Below, one piece after another: positions 60,947-64,000 of a DNA stretch of 64,000 nucleotides. The position numbers and the translations under genes are program-made. The stretch is from Rhodosorus marinus CCMP1338 (Eukaryota; Plantae; Rhodophyta): contig JAMWBK010000002.1 of assembly GCA_029953675.1 (NCBI GenBank), positions 1,798,001 to 1,862,000 on the forward strand, in the 5' to 3' direction. The notes beneath the pieces were generated by a model, which saw only the letters and a program-made list of their open reading frames with translations, was not told where the DNA came from and made no database searches. Numbering within the stretch: the stretch's first letter is position 1; each line of letters begins with the position of its first letter.

Positions 60947-62247
60947 ATGGAGAAGAAGACTGAGGGTACAAGGAAATCTAGAAAGCCGAAGAAGTTCAGG
61001 GGGGAAAGTGAGAGTGACGGGGTTGTTCAGGGGGATGATGTGGATGGCAATGAGCTCGTTCATGACGAGAAAGCACGGAGTGGCAAGAAGGTGATGCGAA
61101 AGGGTGGTAGGTCGACGAGCAAGTCCTCTGCTGAGGAGTCGAAGACGAAGATAGTAGAAAACGGAGTGGGTCATCGGAAGCGGCAGTCTGAAGAGGCTGC
61201 TGAGGGAGCACAAGGTAGGTAGCGAATTGGGGGATTTTGGATTACTACACTGGAGGGCGCTAACTTTTTATTTGGGTCTTGTTGGGGATGGTTTCCAGAT
61301 GTAGGTCCAAAGCAGGTGGAGAAAAAAATCAAAAAACCGAGAGCGCAGTCCACAAGCGACCGAGGTCTTCCAGCATGGAGAAACCATAATGACGAAGAGT
61401 TCCAAAACGGTCCCTTTACTGAAAGGGAAAGGGAACTCGTTCTGGAAGGGATAGGGAATGTTCTTGAGGGAGAAGGAATCGAATGTAACGCAGAAAACAT
61501 CAGGAAGGTAGGAACTCCCGCCCTATTTGTGGAGCCTTCACATGTCGCCGTGGCCTGATCTCTCGTGGATTTCGATTGATTCTTTAGCACGTCAACCAAG
61601 GTTCGAAAGACTCCATCAAGGATTTTTGGCCTAGAGTCACTCTTCACGTACCGGGCAGAAGTACCTTGGCGATTTACAGACATGCGAAGAGGCGTTGGTG
61701 AGTTGACTGCATTCGTCAACAGAACTTGACGCGAAACCTGTTGCTAACATCTTTCTCCCTGCAGGGCCCCTATAACAAACAAAGGCGAATGGTCGGAGCG
61801 GGAGGTAGACCAGCTGAGGGACTTAGTACAGAAGAGGGGCCACAAGTGGACGCAAATAGGAGAGGAGCTTGGTCGTTTGCCAGGAGCTTGCAAAGACAAA
61901 TGGCGAGACGACGTTCAATTTGGAGGAAACAGGTACTTAGTTAGATGGACAGATCGTAGATTATGACTTTGTGGTTGACTTGTGGCTCTCATTTTACCAG
62001 GAAAACTGGGCGAACCAGTTCCGAAGAGCACGAAAAACTCACAGAACTCATTGTTAAGGCTGTAGGTGACAACCCAACGACATCGTCTATCGAAAACATG
62101 CCGTGGACGGCGATTAGCAGGGAAATGGGCACGCGCAGCTACTCGCAGTGCTTGAATGCAGGCCGTGCCATATTCAAGTCTTTGGTGCGACGTCAGGACA
62201 CAAATGACCCCGTTCCCGTGCCTTCAAAGGAGCAGGTTGTTGACTAA
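60947..62247 (+). CDS. Myb-repeat protein of the TTF1/DMTF1/Reb1 type, several introns; may extend to about 62680
   Basis: Lys/Glu-rich N-terminus, then GPFTERERE…, KGEWSEREVDQLRDLVQKRGHKWTQIGEELGRLPGACKDKWR and MPWTAISREMGTRSYSQC. Confidence 0.8.
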
Positions 62248-64000
62248 CCAGAAGGCGCTCCTGGAGAAGAGATCGGGATCGAGTACTTAATATCATCGAC
62301 CGACTGGTCGAGCAAACGGGCCGATTGCGCGCTCGCTTTTTTTTCATAATTACCTCTTTTTCCCTGTATTACTGCATTTGACACGAGCTCCCTGCGTCTA
62401 GTGACGACTTTGTTGAGATCCTATTCAGAAGTAAACCTGTCCGACGGAGCTGGACATGCACCAAAGCAAGGCTGACTGGCTAATGAGGAGCTAAAACGGA
62501 AATTTATCGCGCTTGCGGAAGAAAGACCGTGCGCGCCTTGTGATCCTCTTTTTCCCTACAACGTGCAGTCAGCGGTTTTTTTGCACCCAGCTCTTTCGAA
62601 CACTATGGAGGAGCAGAGCACAATCCCTCGTCAGCGGAGCACGAACATGACCCCTTTACTACTAAGAACAACATGAGCTGCTAAAGCAAGAGAACCTGCT
62701 GCCGTCATCCTGACATCATTCCCCGAGGCTTTGGCGACACAGCTTAGCACACTCTCCCCAATATCCAAGGGAAAGTGCGATACTCAATACATTAAATCGC
62801 CCTCTCCTGCCAGCCTGAACCGAAGGAATGTTGGCTCGGCTAGCAAGGGAAGCCGGAACAGAGCTGCATCCGACTTTGGGCGGAAAGCAATAGGATCCAT
62901 CTTCGTTTTGAGGACCAATGAACAGTGCTGCACTGCTGCACTGCGGAGAACACACAGACAGATGAGCAGCGCAACAGAAAAGAAAATGTTGATACAGGAC
63001 GCCATCTCCGATAAGCAGACAATTTCAAAAACTGTATACCCGCGGCACAGAAACCCTACATCGCTGAGAGCAAGGGTGCGAAGTCAGCATGAAACCAGTT
63101 CCTAACCTGTGGTTTTGAATACCTCTAAGCGCATCTGCCACATAGACAGCTATCGATACATTCTAGAGATTCCTAGCGGGGACATTTATAGACCACAACC
63201 CCTCAACCAGCAGCCGATCCAGATACCTTGATCCACACCCCGTTACCCACTCCCCAATCCAAAACTCTAAAAACAGAAGAAATTAAACCACTCATGAAAC
63301 CCTACCAGAAATTCTCTCCTCTCCCGCCACCACTAACTCCCACCCAACCTCCCCCCCCCCAACAAAAAAACGAAAAAGTATACATTGAACAGTAATCTTC
63401 TCTTTTTTTGTGACGAAACACCTCTCAAGCTTCAAGATTCACTGATTCCTGAAACCAGATTCCAACCATTCAAAAAAAATAAAATTACCCGGTAAGAAAT
63501 CCGTAATTGGAAAACATCACAAAAAAAGCAAAAACTACAAACTACATCTCAGAGCCAAAATGCTTAAATATTAAATCCATTCCCGCCCCATCAAAGAAAG
63601 TTCTAAAATTCAAACATTATCTTCCAATACTTCTCCAATATTTACTAGATTTAGGTATCTCGTTCTATTTGTAAAAAAAAAAGAAGAGAACAGCAACTCG
63701 ATATCCGAAAAAAACAACCTACTCTGGACACCCCCCCTCTCAACTTCCGCCAAATGCATGTATCTACATATTCCTTTCCAAGACTTTTCTAAAAAAATTA
63801 ATAAACCGAATTTTCTGTGCTTTATACATCAGGTGGGTATATATTAACAACATATTCTCCAGATTGGATTTTTTAATCTATTTTCATGACGAAAATGGAT
63901 CTCCGCTCAGCTCCTGGTAAAATGGATCCTTTAATAAGTAATGACAGACTGTCTTTTTCGGTGTTTTTAAGTAAATTTTATAAGGATTTGGTTTGTTGTC

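Noticed and set aside
62716-63105. Secreted protein ORFs on the minus strand
   Set aside because: Overlapping short ORFs in several frames with no consistent exon chain.
1-64000. tRNA, rRNA or snRNA genes
   Set aside because: The isolated GGTTCGA matches (e.g. near 3884, 14097, 48372) lack cloverleaf context, and no rRNA or snRNA signatures were seen.

Overview
Eukaryotic nuclear DNA from a compact genome with short GT-AG introns (about 60-105 nt, CTAAC-like branch points) and several plastid-targeted genes. This fits a unicellular alga, most likely a red alga (inference only). About 22 protein-coding genes can be read: FAD monooxygenase, SLX1, RFC2, a short Chorein_N protein, A-type cyclin, GT-A and GT61 glycosyltransferases, membrin, carbohydrate sulfotransferase, HtrA/Deg protease, DnaJ-like zinc finger, CCT protein, DUF3593-DUF2499 protein, HSF, long-form phosphotransacetylase, Ca3427-like binding protein, plant-type HNH protein and a Myb-repeat factor, among others. 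There is one decayed Ty3/Gypsy LTR element (7765-12268) and small repeat relics. I found no rRNA, tRNA or CRISPR. The main discovery is that, across many unrelated genes, introns read as decayed, usually in-register tandem copies of the start of the exon that follows them, which suggests mass intron gain by local tandem duplication. A second highlight is an EF-hand insertion in the regulatory domain of the phosphotransacetylase. All alignments were made by eye and need statistical testing.
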